A stretch of DNA of 64,000 bases. Source: the human T2T-CHM13v2.0 reference genome, Homo sapiens. The first letter of the stretch is position 1. The number at the start of each line of letters is the position of its first letter. Under the pieces are notes generated by a model, which searched no databases, was not told the DNA's origin, and saw nothing but the letters and a program-made list of their open reading frames with translations. Below, in pieces: positions 13,765-31,433 of this stretch. The stretch lies in assembly GCF_009914755.1 (NCBI RefSeq), contig NC_060936.1. The stretch is one strand, 5' to 3'. Position numbers and translations under genes: made by a program.

Positions 13765-14415
13765 TATGTTAGTTTGCTAGCACTCCCATAACAAAATACC
13801 ACAGGCTGGGTGGCTTACACAACAGAAATTTATTTTCTCACAGTTCTAGAGTCTAGAAGTGAAAAATTGAGATATCTATCAGCAGGCATGGTTGCTTCTA
13901 AGGCCTCTGTCCTTGGCTTCCACCTTCTCACTGTGTTCTCACATGGTCTTTCTCCTCTGCACATGCATCTCTGCTGTCTCTCTGTATGTCCAAATTTCCT
14001 CTTCTCATAAGGATAACAGTCAAATTGGATTAGGGTTCACCATAAAGACCTAATTTTAACTTAGCCCTTTATCTATACATTTAGCCAGACTGACCCTTCC
14101 TGCAATTACCCTAATTTGCCACATTCTCTTTGGAACTCAGTTTCCTTGACCCTTTTCCTGCCTTTACCCCCAACCTGGATAAGGTGTCCCATCCTGGTAC
14201 ATCCCCAGCTCCCAGATGGGTCATGGCACTTATCACAATGTATTGTAATTGTGTTTGCTGCTGTTTACTTACTGTCATCCACACTAGAACTTTCAGGGCA
14301 GAGACCGATCTGTTCCTTTTTTATCCCAATATGAGGCACTTTGCCTAGATTGTTGCCCAGATATATTGCATAAGCACTCAATATATGATAGATGAATGGA
14401 TAGATGTTTAAATGG

Positions 14416-14451
<36 letters not shown>

Positions 14452-14568
14452 ATGGATGGATGGATTGATACTATCTTTAATGATACTATCTCCAAATGCA
14501 GTCACATTATTAGGTACCAGAGGGCTTCATCATAAGGAATTTGGGGGTATACAATTCAGCCCATAACT
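13765..14568 (-). mobile_element. MLT1-family MaLR LTR, split by a ~400-bp insertion (14062-14466)
   Basis: Starts TATGTTAGTTTGCTAG...ACAAAATACCACAGGCTGGGTGGCTTA and runs to GGATTAGGG...TTTTAACTT. It resumes at ATCTCCAAATGCAGTCACATT...ACAATTCAGCCCATAAC. Confidence 0.8.
14412..14466. repeat. (TGGA)n microsatellite, copy 2
   Basis: Read directly. Confidence 0.95.
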
Positions 14569-16509
14569 GGTGAATGGGTAGATATGACAGTACATGACTT
14601 AGAATGCTAGGCTTCTGGAGGAGGTGGAGCAAGATGGTGGAACAGAGGCCTCCACTGATTGTCTTCCCCACAGGAACACCAAATCTGGCAACTATCTACC
14701 CAAAACAGCACCTTCATAGGAACCAAAACTAAGGTGAGCACTCACAGTACCTGGTTTTAACTTCATATTACTGAAAGAGGCACTGAAGAAGGTAGGAAAG
14801 TCAGTCTTGAATTGTTGACTCCACCTCTCCCTATTCCCTGGCAGTGCCCTCGTGGTGAGGAGAGAGAATCTGTGCACTTGAGGGAGGGACAGGACAGCAA
14901 TTAGGGAACTTTGCATTGGAACACAGTGCTGCCAACACTGGGCAGAAATCAGTTGACACCCATGGAGGGAGCATATAGACAAGCCCCAGCCAGAGGGGAC
15001 TCACCCATCTCAGTGGTCAGAATCTGAGTTCCAGCAAGCTTTGTGACTATTGGCCCAAGTGATGTAGGGTTCAAAATAAACTTGAAAAGCAGTCTAGGCC
15101 ACAAGGACTGCAACTCCTAGACAAGTCCTAGTGCTGTGTTGGGCTTAGAGATAGTGGACTTTGGGGAAACGTGACCTAGTAAGACACCAGCTGGGGCAGC
15201 TAAAGGAGTGCTTGTATCACCCCTCCCCAAACCCCAGGAAGCACAGCTTGCAGCTCCAAAAGAGACAGCTTCCTTCTGCTTGAGGAGAGAAGAGGATAAA
15301 GTAAAGAGGACTTTGTTTTTCAACGTGGATACCAGCTCAGCCACAGTAGGATAGGACACCGGGCAGAGTCATGAGGCCATCATTTCAGGCTCTAGCTCCA
15401 AATAACACACTCTGGGCCAGAAGGGAACCTGCTGCCTTGAAGGAAAGGACTCATCCTGGCAGGATTCATCACCTGCCGACTACAGATCCCTTGGACCCTG
15501 AATAATCAGCAGCAGTAACCAAGTAGTACACACCATGGGCCTTGGGTGAGACTCAGGGACATGCTGGCTTCCGGAGTGACCCATCATATTCATAGTTGTG
15601 GTGGCTATGAGAAGAGGTGCCTTCTACTTGAGAAAAGAAGAGGGAAGAATAAATGGGACTTTGTCTTGTAGTTTAGGTACTAGCTTAGCCATAGTGGGGA
15701 AGAGCACCAACCAGGTTCTTGGGGTCCCCAAGTCCAGGCCTTGGCTCTTGGACAGCATTTCTGGACCTACTCTGAGCCAGAGGGGATCCCACTGCCCTGA
15801 AGGGTGAGTTGCATGCCTGGCAACATTCACCACAAGCTGACTGAAGAGCCCTTGGGCCTTAAGTGAACAACATTGGTGCCCTGCAGTAATCCCCATGGAT
15901 CTGTGGTGGTGGTGGACATGGGGAGAGACTTCTCTGCCTGGGGAAAAGGGAAAGAAGAGTGGGAAGGACTTTGTCTTGAGGTTTTGGTGTCAGCTTAGTG
16001 ACAAAACAATAGAGCACACCAGGTAGATTTCTAGGGTTTCCAACTCCAGGCTCTGGCTCCTGGACAGCATCTCTGGACCTGTCTGAGCCCCAGGGGACCT
16101 TGGCACTGTGCTGGTTTCAGGTCTGACCCAGCACAGTCTCAGTGGTGGTGGCCACGGGGATGCTTGTGTCACCCTTACTCCAGCTCCAGGCAGCTCAGCA
16201 CAGAGGGAAACAGAATCTATTTCCTTGGGAGAAAGTAATGGAAGAGAACTAGTAATTCAAAGAATTCTTCTGGATCTTATCTAAGACCACCAAAGTGGTA
16301 CCTCTATGAGTCTGCAAGAATTACAGTAATACTGGGCTTGGGGTGCCCCGTAATGCAGATTTGGCTGCAGTGACCAAAAACTTAGATTGCAAGACCCAGA
16401 TCCCTTTGAATACCTGGAAAGCCTTCCCAAGAAGGATGGGTACAAACAAGCTCAGGCTGCAAAGACTACAATAAATACCTAACTCTTCAATGCCCACACA
16501 CTGACAAAC

Positions 16510-16807
16510 TTTTTTTTTTTTTTTTTTGAGACAGAGTTTCGCTCTTCTTGCCTAGGCTGAAGTGCAATGGCACGATCTCAGCTCACCGCAACCTCCACCT
16601 CCCAGGTTCAAGTGATTCTCGCCTCAGCCTCCTGAATAGCTGGGATTACTGGCATGTGCCACCATGCCCAGCTAATTTTGTATTTTTAGTAGAGACGGGG
16701 TTTCTGCATGTTGGTCAGGCTGGTCTCGAACTCCCCACCTAAGGTGATCCGCCCGTCTCGGCCTCCCAAAGTGCTGGGATTACAGGCATAAGCCACTGCA
16801 CCCGGCC
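16510..16807 (-). mobile_element. Alu (AluS-like) nested in the L1
   Basis: TSD CACACTGACAAA at 16497-16508 and 16808-16819. Confidence 0.92.
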
Positions 16808-17779
16808 CACACTGACAAATATTTACAAGCATCAAGACAATCCAGGAAAGCATTACTGACCTCACAAAATATACTAAATTAGGCACCAGGGGCCAACCCT
16901 GGAAAGATAGAAGTGTGAAACCTTTCACAGAGAGAATTCAAAATAGCCGTTTTGAGGAAACTCAAAGAAATTCAAAATAACCAGAGAAGGAATTCTGACT
17001 CCTATAAGATAAACTTAACAAAGAAATTAAAATAATTAAAAAGCCTCAAACAGAAATTTTGGAGTTGAAAAATACAATTGACATACTGAAGACTGCATCA
17101 GAGTCTCTTAATGGCAGAATTGATCAAGTGGAAGAAAGAATTAGTGAGCTTGAAGATAGCCTATTTGAAAAGATACAGCCAGAGAAGACAAAAGAAAAAA
17201 GAATAAAAAGGAATGAAACATGCCAACAAGATCTAGACTATAGCCTCAAAGGGGCAAATCTCAGAAGTATAGGCCTCAAAGAGGAAGTAGAGAGAGAGAC
17301 AGGGGTAGAAAGTGTATTCAAAGGGATAATAACGAGAACTTCCCCAACCTAGAGAAAGATATCAATATTCAAGTACAAGAAGGTTATAGAACAGCAAGCA
17401 GATTTAACCCAAATAAGACTACCTCAAGGCATTTAATAATCGAACTCCCAAAGGTCAAGGATAAAGAAAGGATCTTAAAATCAGCAAGAGAAAGGAAACA
17501 AATAACATACAATGGAGTTGCAATATGTCTGGCAGCAGACTTTTCAGTGGAAACCGGAGGGTGGCATGACATATTTAAAGTGCTGAAGGAAAAAACTTTT
17601 ATCCTAGTATAATATATCCTGTGAAAATATCCCTCAAACATGAAGAAGAAATAGTTTCCCAGACAAACAAAAGCTGAGGGATTTCATCAATACCAGGCCT
17701 GTCCTACAAGACATGCTATAAATAGTTATTCAATCTGAAAGAAAAGGATGCTAATGAGCAATAAGAAATCATCTGAAGA

Positions 17780-18120
<341 letters not shown>

Positions 18121-20613
18121 AAGAAATCATCTGAAGATACAAAACTCATTGGTTATAGTCAGGTCATGGAAAAACAAAGAATATTACAACACTGTAATTA
18201 TGAGGTGGAAATTCATATCGTAAGTAAATGAATCAATCAAAAATAACTACAACTTTTCAAGACATAGTACAATAAGGTATAATTCAAACAACAAAAAGTT
18301 AAAAAGTGGGGAGAAAAAATTAAAGCATAGAGCTTTTAGGGTTTTTTTTGCTTGTTTGTTTATGCAATCAGTGTTAAGTTGTCATCAGTTTAAAATAATG
18401 AGATATTTTTTGCACACCTTATGGAAACCTCAAATCTAAAAATATACAATGGATACACACACACACAAAAAGAAATTAAAAGATACCACCAGATAAAATC
18501 AGCTTCACTAAAGAGAAGACAGGAAAGAATGAAGAAAAGACCACAACACAACTAGAAATGAATGACAGGAATAAGTTTTTACTTATCAATGATAGCATTG
18601 AATGTAAATAGACTAAACTGTCCAATCAAAAGACATACAGTAGCTGAATGGATTTAAAAAAACAATCTATTGCCTATAAGAAACACCCTTCACCTATGAA
18701 GACACATATAGACTGAAAATAAAGGGTTGAAAAAATTATTGTATGCCAGTGGAAACCAAAAAAAGCAGGAGCAGCAATACTTACATCAGACAAAATAGAT
18801 TTCAAGGCAAAAGCTATAAAAACAGACAAAGAAGTTCGTTATATAATGATAAAAGGGTCAATTCAGCAAGAGGATATAACAACTGTAACTATATATGCAC
18901 CCAACACTGGAGCACCCAGATATACAAAACAAATATTATTAGAGCTAAAGAGAGAGAGAGAGACCTCAATACAATAATAGCTGGAGACTTCAACGCCCCA
19001 TTTTCAGCATCAAACAGGTCATCCGGACAGAAAATTAACAAAGAAACATTGGACTTAATCTGCACTATACACCAAATGGATCTAACAAATATTTACAGAA
19101 CATTTCATCCAAAGGCCACAGAATACATATTCTATTCCTCAGCACATGAATCTTTCTCAAAGACAGGCCACATGTTAGGCCACAAAAGTAGTCTTAAAAC
19201 ATTTTTAAAAATGAAATAATATCAAATATCTTCTCTGACCACAATGGAATAAAACTAGAAGTCGATAACAAGAGAAATTTTGGAAACTATACAAACACAT
19301 TAAAATTAAACAACATGCTCCTGAATGACCAGTGGGTCAATGAAGAGATTAAGATGGAAACTTAAAAATTTCTTGAAACAAGTGATAATGGAAACACAAC
19401 GTACCAAAACCTATGGGATACAGTGAAAGCAGTACTAAGCGAGAAGTTTATTATCATAAGTACCTCCATCAAAATAGAAGACAACCTTCAAATAAACAAC
19501 CTAACAATGCATCTTAAAGAACTAGAGCAGCAAGAAGACTAAACCTAAAGTTAGTGGAGGAAAAAAAATAATACTGGTAAGAGCAGAAATAAATGAAATT
19601 GAAACGAAGAAAGCAATACAAAAGATGAACAAAATGAAAAGTTGGTTTTTTTGAAAAGATGAACAGAATTAGCAAATCTTTAGCCAGAGTAAGATAAAAA
19701 GAGAGAAAACCCAAATAAATAAAATCACAGATGAAAAATGAGACCTTACAACCAATGCTGCAGAAATTCAAATAATTATTAGAAGCAACTGTGAGCAACT
19801 ATATGCCAATAAATTGGAAAACCTAGAAGAAATGAATAAATTCTCAGACATGTTCAACCTACCAAAATTGAACCATGAAGAAATCCAAAACCTGAACAGA
19901 CCAATAACAAGTAACAGGATCAAAGCCATAATAAAAAGTCTCCAAAGAAAAGCCTGAGACCTAATGGCTTCACTGCTGAATTTTACCAAACACTTAAAGA
20001 ACTAATACCAATCCTACTCAAATTATTCCAAAAAGAGAGATGGAAAAAATACTTCTGAACTCATTTTACAAGGCCAGTATTACCCTCAGTCCAAAACCAA
20101 AGACATATTAAAAAAAAAAAAAACTAAAACTACAGGTTAATATCTGTGATGAACATTAATGTAAAAATCCTCAACAAAATACTAGCAAATCAAATTCGAC
20201 AACACATTAAAAAGATCATTCATCATGACCAAGTGGGATTTATCATAGGGATGCAAGGATGGTTCAGCATACAAAAATCAATCAATGTGATACATCAAAT
20301 CAACAGAATGAAGGATAATAACTATATGACTCTTTCAATTGATGCCAAAAAATCATTTGATAAAATTCAACATCCCTTCATGATAAAAAAAAACCCTCAA
20401 AAAATTGGGTATAGAGGGAACATACCTCAACATAATAAAAGTTACACGCCATAGGCCCACAGCTAGTATCATACTGAACAGGGAAAAACTGAAAGCCTTT
20501 CCTCTAAGATCTGGAACGAAACAAGAATGCTTACTTTTACCGCTGTTATTCAACATAGTACTGGAAGTCCTAGCTAGAGCAATCAGACAAGATAAAGAAA
20601 TAAAGGGCATCTA

Positions 20614-21075
<462 letters not shown>

Positions 21076-22800
21076 TAAAATCAACATATAAAAATAAATA
21101 GCATTTCTACATGCCAACAGCGAGCAATCTGAAAAAGAAATTGAGAAAGCAATCCCATTTACAATAGCTATGAATAAAACTAAATACCTAGTAATTAACC
21201 AAGATTTCTACTGTGAAAACTATAAAATATTGGTGAAAGAAATTGAGGAGGACATACACACAAAATGGATAGATATTCCATGTTCCTGGATTGGAAGAAT
21301 AAATATTGATAAAATCTCCATACCAGCGAAAGCAATTTACAGATTCAGTGCAATCCCTGTCAAACTACTAATGACATTATTCACAGAAATAGAAAACAAA
21401 ATCCTGAAATTTATATGGAACCACAAAAGACCCAGAATAGCCAAAGCTATCCTGAGCAAAAAGAACAAAAGTGGAGGAATCACATTACCTGACTTCAAAT
21501 TACACTACAGAACTATAGTTACCAAAATAGTGTGGTACTTGCATAAAAACAGACACATAGACCAATGAAACAGAATACAGAACCCAGAAACAAATCCATA
21601 CATCTACAGTGAACAAATTTTTGACAAAGGTGCCAAGAACACACAATGGGGAAAGGACAGCCTCTTCAATAAATGGTGCTGGGAAAACTGAATATCCATA
21701 TGCAGAAGAATGAAACTAGATCCCTCTCTCTCACCATATATAAAAATCAAATCAAAAGGGATTAAAGACTTAAATCTAAGACCTCAAACTATGAAACTAC
21801 TATAATAAAACATTGAGGAAACTCTCCAGGACAATGGACTGGGAAAACATTTCTTGAGTAATACCCCACAAGCATAGGCAATCAAAGCAAAAATGAACAA
21901 ATGGGATCACATCAAGTTTAAAAGCTTCTGCACAGCAAAGGAAACAATCACTAAAGTGAGGAGACAACCCTAGAATTGGGGAAAATATTTCTAAACTATC
22001 AATCTGACAAGAGATTAATAACCAGAATATATGAGGAGCTCGAACAACTCTTTAGGAAAAAATCGAATAATCTGATTTTAAAATGGGCAAAAGATCTGAA
22101 TAGACATTTTGCAAAAGGAGACATACAAATGGCAAACAGGTATATGAAAAGATGCTCAACATCATTGATCATTAGAGAAATGCCAATCAAAACTATAATG
22201 AGATAGCATCTCACCCTGGTTAAAATGGCTTCCATCCAAGAGACAGGCAATAGCAAAGGCTGGCAAGGATGTGGGGAAAAGGGAAGCCTTATACACCATT
22301 GACGGAAATGGAAATTAGTACAACCCTATGGAGGACAGTTTGGAGGTTCCTCAAAAAACTAAAAATAGAGATACCATATGATCCAGCAATCCTACTACTG
22401 GGTATACACCCAAAAGAAAGGCAATCAGTATGTCAAAGAGATATCTGCACTCCCATGTGTGTTGCAGCACTGTTCACAGTAGCTAAGATTTGGAAGCAAC
22501 TTAAAGCCCATCAAGAGATGAATGGACAAAGAAAATGTGTTAGTTATACACAATGGAGTACTATTTAGACATAAAAAGGAATGTGATCTTGTCATTTGCA
22601 ACAACATGGATAGAACCAGAGGTCATTATGTTAAGTAAAATAAGCCAGGCAGAGAAAGGCAAACTTTGCATTTTCTCACTTACTTGTGGGAGCTAAAAAT
22701 TAAAACTATTGAACTCGTGGAGATACATGGTTACTAGAGGCTGGGAAGGGTAGTGGAATTGTGGGTGGGTGAGTAAGGGGGAAGTGGAGATGGTTAATGG

Positions 22801-23203
22801 TATGTTAGTCCGTTCTTACATTGCTATGAAGAAATACCTGAGACTGGGTAATTTATAGGAAAAGAGGTTTAATTGGCTTATGGTTCTGCAGGCCACACAG
22901 GAAGCATAGTGCTGGCATCTGCTTCTAGGGAGGCCTCAGGAAGCTTACGACCATGGCAGAAGCTGAAGGAGGAGCAGGCGTCTCACAAAGCAGGAGCAGG
23001 AGCAAGAGACAGTCGTGGGGAGATGCCACACATGTAAACAACCAGACCTTATGAGTACTCACTTGCTACTGCAAGGACAGCACCAAGACATGAGGGATCT
23101 GCACCCCATGACCCAAAACACCTCACGCAAGATCCCGCCTCCAACATTGTGGATTACATTTCAACATGAGATTTGAGCAGGAACAAATATCCACACTACA
23201 TCA
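22801..23203 (-). mobile_element. MST-family MaLR solo LTR (MSTA-like) in the L1 3'UTR
   Basis: TATGTTAGTCCGTTCTTACATTGCTATGAAGAAATACCTGAGACTGGG...CACTACATCA; 5-bp TSD AATGG at 22796-22800 and 23204-23208. Confidence 0.88.
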
Positions 23204-23476
23204 AATGGGTACCAAAAAATAGTTCAAAAGAATGAATAAAACCTAGTATTTGATAGCACAATAGGGTAACTATGGTCAATAAAAATTTAATTATACATTG
23301 TAAAATAACTAAAAGAGTGTGATTGGATTGCTTGTAACACAAAGGATAAGTGCTTGAGGTGATGGATACCCCATTTACCCTGATGTGATTATGACATATT
23401 TTATGCCTGTATCAAAATATCTCATATATCCCATAAATATATATGCCTACTATGCACCCACAAAAATTAAAAATAA

Positions 23477-23849
<373 letters not shown>

Positions 23850-25038
23850 AGGGTACCCACTCTTTAGGTGGACACAATGTTGGGGAAGTCTCAAAGCTTT
23901 GAAAGTGGTTAGTAGAAGTGGGTATTATATATAAATGCAATGTTCTATGATAGGTTCAGATAATACGCATAAACACATGTTGCTAATTTAACCAAGAAAA
24001 TAGAAGAGGTGCATGGACACGATGGATTTCTAAATAAGTAGGATGAAAAAATAGCTGTAGAAGCCCTATTTCATCCTGCCCTTGCCTTGCTCAGGGCTCT
24101 GCCATATCTCCTTATTAGAATCAAACCATAATGGCCAGGAGTGTGGGGGTGGTTAGGGTTGGAGATGTGGAAACTATGCCTCATCACCCACCCAGGATTC
24201 TACTCAACCCACCACTCCCTGCCCTACAGCCACCTGCAAGCCTTTGTCCTTTGTTCAAGCTCTTCTCCCTAGTGCTACCACCTGTGAGTCCCAATGGTCT
24301 CTTTCTCTAGAAGAATATAGTCCCTGACTACCCCTCCCTGTCCAACTAGTGCCCCCATCATTTGGATTCCTTACAATGGAGAAGAATTTTAAGGATATGG
24401 ATTGGGTCTGATGCCATCTAGAAGAGTTAGTAGGTGTGTGGCTCTGGTAAGTTATCTAACTTCTCTCATTTATAAAGTAGGATGAATAATTAACAGTATT
24501 TATGGGAAGCATTAAATACAAAAAAGGCCGTTATAATGGTAAGTTACATATATACACTTATCATCAATATGTGCCAACAAAAAAGTCCATTCTCTCTGTA
24601 AGTCAGAGGCTATCTGGGTATTTTCAACTGTAGAAAAACAAAGATAGCATCTGTAAACTAGGGATTATAGTACCCACATCCTAGGGTTGTGGTAAGGTTT
24701 CAGCGACATGATATCAGTAAAGCACCCAGCATGTTCTATTTCAGGAGAATGGAGATTATTGTGTAATTAGTTCAGTATCTTATCCTCAACAAGCCATAGG
24801 ACTCTGGAGGGAACAACCTTGTCTGCCTCGTTCACTACACTATCCTGCTGCTAATTGTTGGGTGGAGCACATAACTAACACTAAGAAATAATATCTTTTA
24901 TTCAATTCATGGAGCAAATTTGAGCATCAGACCTAGGCCAAGGGGCTACAGAAGTGAACAACGCAGTCCAAAGTCCCTACCATCGTGGAGCTCTCAGGCT
25001 AGCAAGAGAGACAGACAATAGTACATTAGTAAAAGTCA

Positions 25039-25375
<337 letters not shown>

Positions 25376-26389
25376 GTTAAAGGCAGCATCCTAGATACAG
25401 TAGTACTAAGTGCTAAGAGGAAAAAGTGAAATGGAGAAATAGGAACAGAAAGGGTTCGGAATCGGGATAGGGGTTATAATTTTAGATTAAGTGGTCAGGA
25501 CTTCACTGAGAAGGTGACATTGGAGGAAAGACCTGAAGGAGTGAGGAGCCAGCCAACCAAATACATGGAAGAAGAGCTTTCCAGGCAGAACAAAAGAGCA
25601 AATGCAAAGGCCCTGAGGTGCATCCAAGAAACAGAAAGGAGGCCAGGAGAGCTTGTGCAAGTAAACAATTCATTCAGCAAGTATTTATGTTGCCCTGTTT
25701 ATTTATTAAATTAACAAATAAATTAGCACAATGCCCGGCAAGTAATCAGCTCTCAGGACACGTGATGTTATTATCAATGTCATTATCACTATTATCTCTG
25801 TATCTCTCCCATCACCACCACCATCACCCAGTACCCAGCACAAGACCTGCCACCTAGTAAGAGCCCAGAAGCTGCTTAGTAAACTGAATCTCATTGCCCT
25901 GTGTAGGCTGGTGTCCCTAACCATTAACACTTGGTTATCCTTTGAGGTTTAGCCGCATTGGAAACTATTTCTTTACATTGGACTTTTTGCTCTAAAAAAT
26001 CATCAGGTCTTAAAGTGATACCAGAATTGTATATAAATGCAGTAGTATATTTCTTTGGTTTAATTCCTCTACCTTCAAAATGATAGAGAGTCTAGTGTTT
26101 GGATTCTGACTTCCAATCAGTCCCCTGGATCCCTTCATTGTATAGGTCCATGACCAGCAGGATCCCTCGAGGGAAGGGCAAGTGCACCAGGCCCAGCATC
26201 TCCATGGCTTTGGAGTATCACGCAGGACCCAGCAGCCAGAATGAGGAGCTTGCTGTTTAAAATGCAGATTCACCTCTGAAGGGATTCTGCCAAAAAGAGG
26301 GGTAGTTGACAGCGAGGGAACCAGAGCTCACCAGGAAACTTTCAACCACAGTGACACTGCAATAACTCAGTAGACTTATCTAGTATGCT

Positions 26390-27303
<914 letters not shown>

Positions 27304-27502
27304 TACATGAAAGAGATTGAGAGTCACTAAGGAACTTCCTTCTGAGCCTCTGCCAGCTAGGAGATTTCAAGTCTCTTAGAAAGGAAACTCCTTGGTGAGG
27401 TAACATAATCCTGTACTTTTCTCACAGTGAGGAAGTCAGTATTACTATCTAACTTAAGACCCTCTTGATTCAATAAGCCTAGGTCTCCTCGTTCTTTCTT
27501 CA

Positions 27503-27916
<414 letters not shown>

Positions 27917-29461
27917 TCAGGAGGCTTTCAGTTCAGCTGCAAGTTGTCTCAATGTGTTCATCCTCTGCAGCTGAAGCCCCACCATCACCCAGGGGTGCTT
28001 TTGTGATCTGTGTATCAAGCAGAAGCGCTCTTCTTCCACTGTTCCAATGTAACTTCTCATTGTTCCCAAACACACCTCCCTCCCCGCTTATTGGGCAAGC
28101 TGGTTGGTCTCTTTCTGTCCTTCTGGTACCTCACCAGTTCCCATCTTCTGGGATGAATGAGCTCTTTCCTCCTCTCCACCCAACTGAATGCCACTCTGAA
28201 GAAGAGAAAACTGGCTTTAGAGTGAGAAAGACATTATTCTCATTTTAGAGAAAAATAAAGCTGGGTCAGAGTGTCTTCACGATTAGCCTAAAGTCACACG
28301 GCTTGTCCCCATCGAGAGTCAAGGTTTGAGACTATGTGTGTCTGATTTTAAACCTTTCTCCCTTTCTTCCAGTCACATTACCTCTTGGTTGGGTGACCTC
28401 CAAGGAATGCTGATTAGTACCCAATCCCAAAATAAATATTTGGTGTCAATTTATAATACAAGGAGGCGTGGAAAATTGGTTTAAAATTATTACTGTAGAG
28501 AGAGGCCAGTTCCAAAGTAGTTGTCAAACAGAAGTGATATCAATAAATATTTGTCAAATCACTGAATGAATATCAATGATACAAAGTTAAGGAGGGTGGA
28601 TCTTCTGAGAAGGAATGGTATTTTCCATCTTCAAGAAAGGAGATTCTTTGCTCTGTAAACAGATTTGAATGAGGAATTTTCTTTTATAAAAATGACTATG
28701 GCTGTGTTATTTTCATAACAGCTGACCTTGGTTCCCAGGCTAAGCTGCCCAGGGGCAAGGATTATCTCTGCAACTGAGCTGAGGTGGCTTGTAGTGGAGC
28801 CAAGTTTTGCCTTTGTCAAGCTATGAAGGCAAGGCCTTTGGGAAATTCAAAGCTTCTCTCCATTTCTCTAAGGAAGAAGAGTTCCTCTCCTAAAAAGTAC
28901 AACCTCTTTGAAGGTTTTGGAAACCTCTGGGATTAAAGGACAACTTGGATCTCTTTCCATTTATCATCTTGACATGTATTTGCATGTTTTCTCCGGAAAT
29001 GTCTTACATTAGTTCATCCCAAAGGCAACCATGAGGCAGGCCTGGCATAGGCCAAAGGCTCATTCAAGAGGAAGAAGGCAGAATTCATTTACGCATAAGG
29101 TGCTGAGCCAGGTATTTTATACTTGACTTCCCATTGACTCATCACAGCCTATTAAGTAGATATTATTAATTTTGTTCGAGGTGAAAAAAAGAAAGAAAAA
29201 AAAAGCAAGACTCTGAGAGAGGACCTGCAAACTGGAAAACATAGCCTGAAATCAGTAAAAATAGTATCAAAACCTCTATCTGCTTGAGTCCAAAGTCCAT
29301 GCTCTTTCAGCTGTGCCCTCAGAGGCTTCCTGAACCCACAACTAGATTCAGCTTGGCATTGCCATCTCTCTCAATCTGCTCCCTACTTACCAGACCAGCT
29401 TTATCTGCCACAATTTCCCACATTAGTTGTTCCTGGGAAGCTTTTAAAAAACAGATGAGTT

Positions 29462-29780
29462 GGCCGGGCACGGTGGCTCACGCCTCTAATCCCAGCACTT
29501 TGGGAGGCGGAAGCAGGCAGAACACGAGGTCAGGAGCTCAAGACCAGCCTGACCAACATGGTGAAACCCCGTCTCTACTAAAAATATAAAAATTAGCCAG
29601 GCGTGGTGGTGCGTGCCTGTAATCCCAGCTACTCAGGAGGCTGAGGCAGGAGAATCGCTTGTACCCAGGAGGCGGAGCTTGCAGTGAGCCGAGATGACGC
29701 CACTGTGCTCCAGCCTGGGCGACAGAGCGAGACTCTGTCTAAAAATAAATAAATAAAATAAAAATAATAATAATAAAATA
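29462..29780 (+). mobile_element. Alu (AluS-like)
   Basis: Alu body with AAAT/AAT tail. Confidence 0.92.
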
Positions 29781-29795
29781 AATAACGGATGAGTT

Positions 29796-30095
29796 GGCCA
29801 GCAGTGGTGGCTCACACCTGTAATCCCAGCACTTTGGGAGTCTGAGGCAGGAGGATCACTTGAGCCCAGGAATTCGAGACCAGCCTGAACAACATGGCAA
29901 AACCCTATCTCTACAAGCAATACAAAAAAATTAGCTGGGCGTGGTGGGTCACACACCTGTAGTCACAGCTACTAGGGAGGCTGAGGTAGGAGAATCACCT
30001 GAGCCTGGGAAGTTGAAGCTGCAGTGAACAGTAATCATGCCACTGTACTCCAGCCTGAGTGTCAGAGTGAGACCCTGCTTCAAAAAGATAAATAA
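29796..30095 (+). mobile_element. Alu (AluJ-like), tandem to the previous one
   Basis: J-type GAGGATCACTTGAGCCCAGG. Confidence 0.88.
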
Positions 30096-30988
30096 ATGAG
30101 TTCCAGCTGTACATTAAACCTCCTAATGGTACAGCCCAGGCGTGAGTATGTCTTTAGAGCTCCCTAGTCAACAGGTTTGTCCATCCTTGGTTAAGAATCA
30201 CTACAATATATGGACCTTTTATTCCAGACAAACTCTGCCTGCATTAATGCCTTGTATGTACAAATTTCCTTGCCATTTCCCTTACCAAATTACCTAAACT
30301 GAGCAACTCCAATTGCCCTTCAACAACCTTCATCTCACCTCTCCACTGATCAATGTTCTGCCTATTGTCATCTATTCAAATCAATGAAAAAAGGTACAGT
30401 TCAGTAAGTGTTCAATGTTTGGAAAAAATAACCAGTGTAGACGCTCAGCTCACCCCACACACTATGATAAATTATAAATAAATTAAATAATTGCATACAA
30501 AGTTTCATGACTAGGAAAATCAGAAATAATGAAAATGAATCATATCTTAAAATTTTGCTGAGGAAATGAAATTTCTAAGCATGGAAGAAAAAGCTTGTGT
30601 AAAAGGGGAAAGTAGGCCAGATTCAACCACATAAAAATGTAAAACAACTGTATGGAAGAATAAAAACAGCTTATAGGAAAAATATTCATTGTGAGTATGA
30701 CAAGCAAGACTTAGTGTATTGTTTTCTAAACAGGCCATACCAATAGAGGGTAAGTACTCTAAAGATGGGAATGCTGTCTGCCTTGTTTACTATTATATTT
30801 TCTGCATCTATAAATGCTTGGCCTATAACAACAAATGAGTAAATATTTGTTGAATAAAGAGATTTAAAAATAACTTATCCATAAGGTAAATGAACAAAAG
30901 ATCCAAACATTCACAAAAGAGGAAATACAATTACTTCACATTTAGGAACATATTGCTAACCTCACTTGTGACGTAAGAAGTGGAAATA

Positions 30989-31340
<352 letters not shown>

Positions 31341-31433
31341 AAAAGAAAAGGAAAGAGAGAAGTACTTAAAATATCAATAGATTATTATTTTTGCCTGTGA
31401 AATTAGCTGAGATCAAACACAATAAAGAAAACT

